A program made the translations under genes and the position numbers. From assembly GCA_963805855.1 (NCBI GenBank), contig CAWDVW010000006.1:1-64000 (forward strand): 64,000 nucleotides of DNA, in the 5' to 3' direction. The first letter of the stretch is position 1. Every line of letters begins with the position of its first letter. This DNA is from Candidatus Dadabacteria bacterium (lineage in GTDB: Bacteria > Desulfobacterota_D > UBA1144 > Nemesobacterales > CSP1-2). The notes beneath the pieces are model-generated. The model was given only the letters and a program-made list of their open reading frames with translations. It was not told the origin of the DNA and ran no database searches. Positions 62,438 through 64,000 of the stretch are shown piece by piece.

Positions 62438-63461
62438 TGTAGATGCTCAGTAATTAGGTAACTCTTTTGGTAAAATGAATTAATCAAAGGAGGCCTAATG
62501 AGACATCGAGATATTGTTATTGTAAAGAGAGGGATTCCTATTCTTGAGGAATACGAAAGAACAAGGGCCAAAGTAACCCCAAGACCATTTAGATTTGTAA
62601 AAGACCTTTGCGAAGCCCACCATATAAAGAAAAAAGAGCTGCGTCGTTACTATTGCAAATGGATAGAAGGCGGCCGAAAACAAGAGAGCCTTTTACCGGA
62701 TAAGCGGGGTCCAAAACCAGGGAGTCGTAGAACACCTAAGGAGATGGAAAGAAACATAGTAAAGGCATACAGGCGATTCGGATCCAATAGATATGAGTTA
62801 GTTCTATTATTTAAACCATATTACTTAGATAAGACACCTTCACCAGCCACGATGGATAGAATAAAGGCACGTTATCCATTAAACGGGTCTGCAAAGAAGA
62901 TTATCAAGCGTTACGAGAAGCAAGCCCCAGGAGAATTGGCTCACATTGATTTAAGCAAGGTACCGAGCGACATAAGATATTCTCTTAAGATAAAAGGGCT
63001 CTACATTGCAGCTTTGTGTGATGACTGTACACGCATTAGCTATGCTGAGATACTTAGGGATAAGAAAGCTTCAACATTAACGTATTTCATGGCACGTTCA
63101 TTGTCTTGGTTTAAACAAATATACAACTTTGAATTTGAGTCAATCATGTCAGATAATGGACCTGAATTTAGGGGCAAGCTGCGATATGAACATCCATTCG
63201 AGACGATGTGCCAGGAGTTAGGGATAAAGCATATTTATACAAGAACGAACAGGCCGCAAACAAATGGGAAGATAGAAGCATTTTTCAAGATAGCTAAGAA
63301 GGAGTTCTTTTATCCAAATAAATTTGAATCTGAAGAGGATCTAATCTTAAATTTAGGGAATTTCCTATTTGAATATAATCACCTTAGAAGACATGGGGGA
63401 TTGAATTATGAAACGCCATTTGATAAGTTACAAAAAGTTACCGAATTAGTGAGCTAGTACA
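62438..63461 (+). mobile_element. Complete IS481-family insertion sequence (1024 bp) with 5-bp target-site duplication ACAGT
   Basis: IRL TGTAGATGCTCAGTAATTAGGTAACT; IRR (reverse complement) TGTACTAGCTCACTAATTCGGTAACT; ACAGT at 62433-62437 and 63462-63466. Confidence 0.9.
62498..63457 (+). CDS. IS481-family transposase (rve DDE core)
   Basis: RYEKQAPGELAHID, SDNGPEF, RPQTNGKIE, YNHLRRH. Confidence 0.93.
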   Translation: MRHRDIVIVKRGIPILEEYERTRAKVTPRPFRFVKDLCEAHHIKKKELRRYYCKWIEGGRKQESLLPDKRGPKPGSRRTPKEMERNIVKAYRRFGSNRYELVLLFKPYYLDKTPSPATMDRIKARYPLNGSAKKIIKRYEKQAPGELAHIDLSKVPSDIRYSLKIKGLYIAALCDDCTRISYAEILRDKKASTLTYFMARSLSWFKQIYNFEFESIMSDNGPEFRGKLRYEHPFETMCQELGIKHIYTRTNRPQTNGKIEAFFKIAKKEFFYPNKFESEEDLILNLGNFLFEYNHLRRHGGLNYETPFDKLQKVTELVS

Positions 63462-63577
63462 ACAGTCCCCATATTTTTCTGATCTTCTTAACGCAATTTT
63501 TGGAAGGCTCTTCAAGTCCTTTTCATTCTGAAAAGGATTAATGAAGATAAATCTATTCGCTAAATCGTAGGATATTT

Positions 63578-64000
63578 GTCCTCGAATTACCTAACATCTA
63601 CGATCGCGAGGATATCGAAGCGATCTCCTATCTGCATTGGGTGAACAACCCTGCAGCAAGCTGCAGCGTATCAGCACGTAACAAACAGTCTCATACGCCA
63701 TTCCGAGGAGCCATGAGATAGGTCGAAGGGGACGAAGGAATCCCTTCTGTCATGAGCAAGCCTGTCACGAGCCGTTCGACAGGGCTCACGACAGGTCTTG
63801 TCGAGGGAACTCGTGACCTTTCGATATTGTCTAGTCAAAGATGTAGCGGAGGACTTTAGTCCTCCATAAAATAAAATTGATGGAAACCTAAAGGTTTCCT
63901 CTACATTTAGGATAAGACGGCCAGTCCGTTCGACAAACTGGGCAGTCTTGCCGGCGGGAAAAAGAGGAGATTGCTTCGGGATAAAACTCCTCGCACAGAC
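63578..64000. repeat. Dense cluster of REP-like repeats, including a 62-bp REP doublet (63843-63904)
   Basis: GTCCTCGAATTAC..ACATCTAC (also near 14379); GTAGCGGAGGACTTTAGTCCTCC, 16-nt spacer, GGAAACCTAAAGGTTTCCTCTAC; TTCGAC..GCTCA motifs; GAGATTGCTTCG..CTCGCA. Confidence 0.7.

Overview
Bacterial chromosomal window, AT-rich. The gene content is Desulfobacterota/Dadabacteria-like, which is an inference and was not tested. (i) About 1-25.5 kb is an exopolysaccharide (EPS) locus: GT4, GT2, carbamoyltransferase, priming sugar transferase, Wza, Wzc, ManC and a CpsB-type phosphatase. It carries three different predicted c-di-GMP receptors: a MshEN domain fused to the priming transferase, a c-di-GMP-I riboswitch above a large secreted CBM6/PKD/beta-helix protein, and a PilZ protein. 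Embedded in it is a RiPP-like cassette (Tat-like Ser/Thr-rich peptide, HPr-kinase-like protein, PqqD/RRE, nucleotidyltransferase). (ii) 30.7-36 kb is an operon led by a DtxR/MntR regulator with its own operator, encoding a secreted di-heme CcP/MauG-family protein and a PhnDCE-type ABC transporter. The binding protein has His/Tyr/Glu substitutions at the phosphonate-pocket motifs, which makes this a candidate new metal-uptake system. (iii) The remainder is mostly housekeeping: etfBA, murI, radA, Lon-like protease, tRNA-Pro, a sigma-54 two-component system, cstA, recR-ybaB-dnaX-ffs-tRNA-Ser, and csp. An IS481 sits in the centre of a REP-like palindrome, and there are RAYT remnants and several REP-like repeat families. 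Two clusters of frameshifts (about 0.5-0.9 kb and 15.1-16.6 kb) may be sequencing errors. All calls come from reading motifs by eye; no searches were run.
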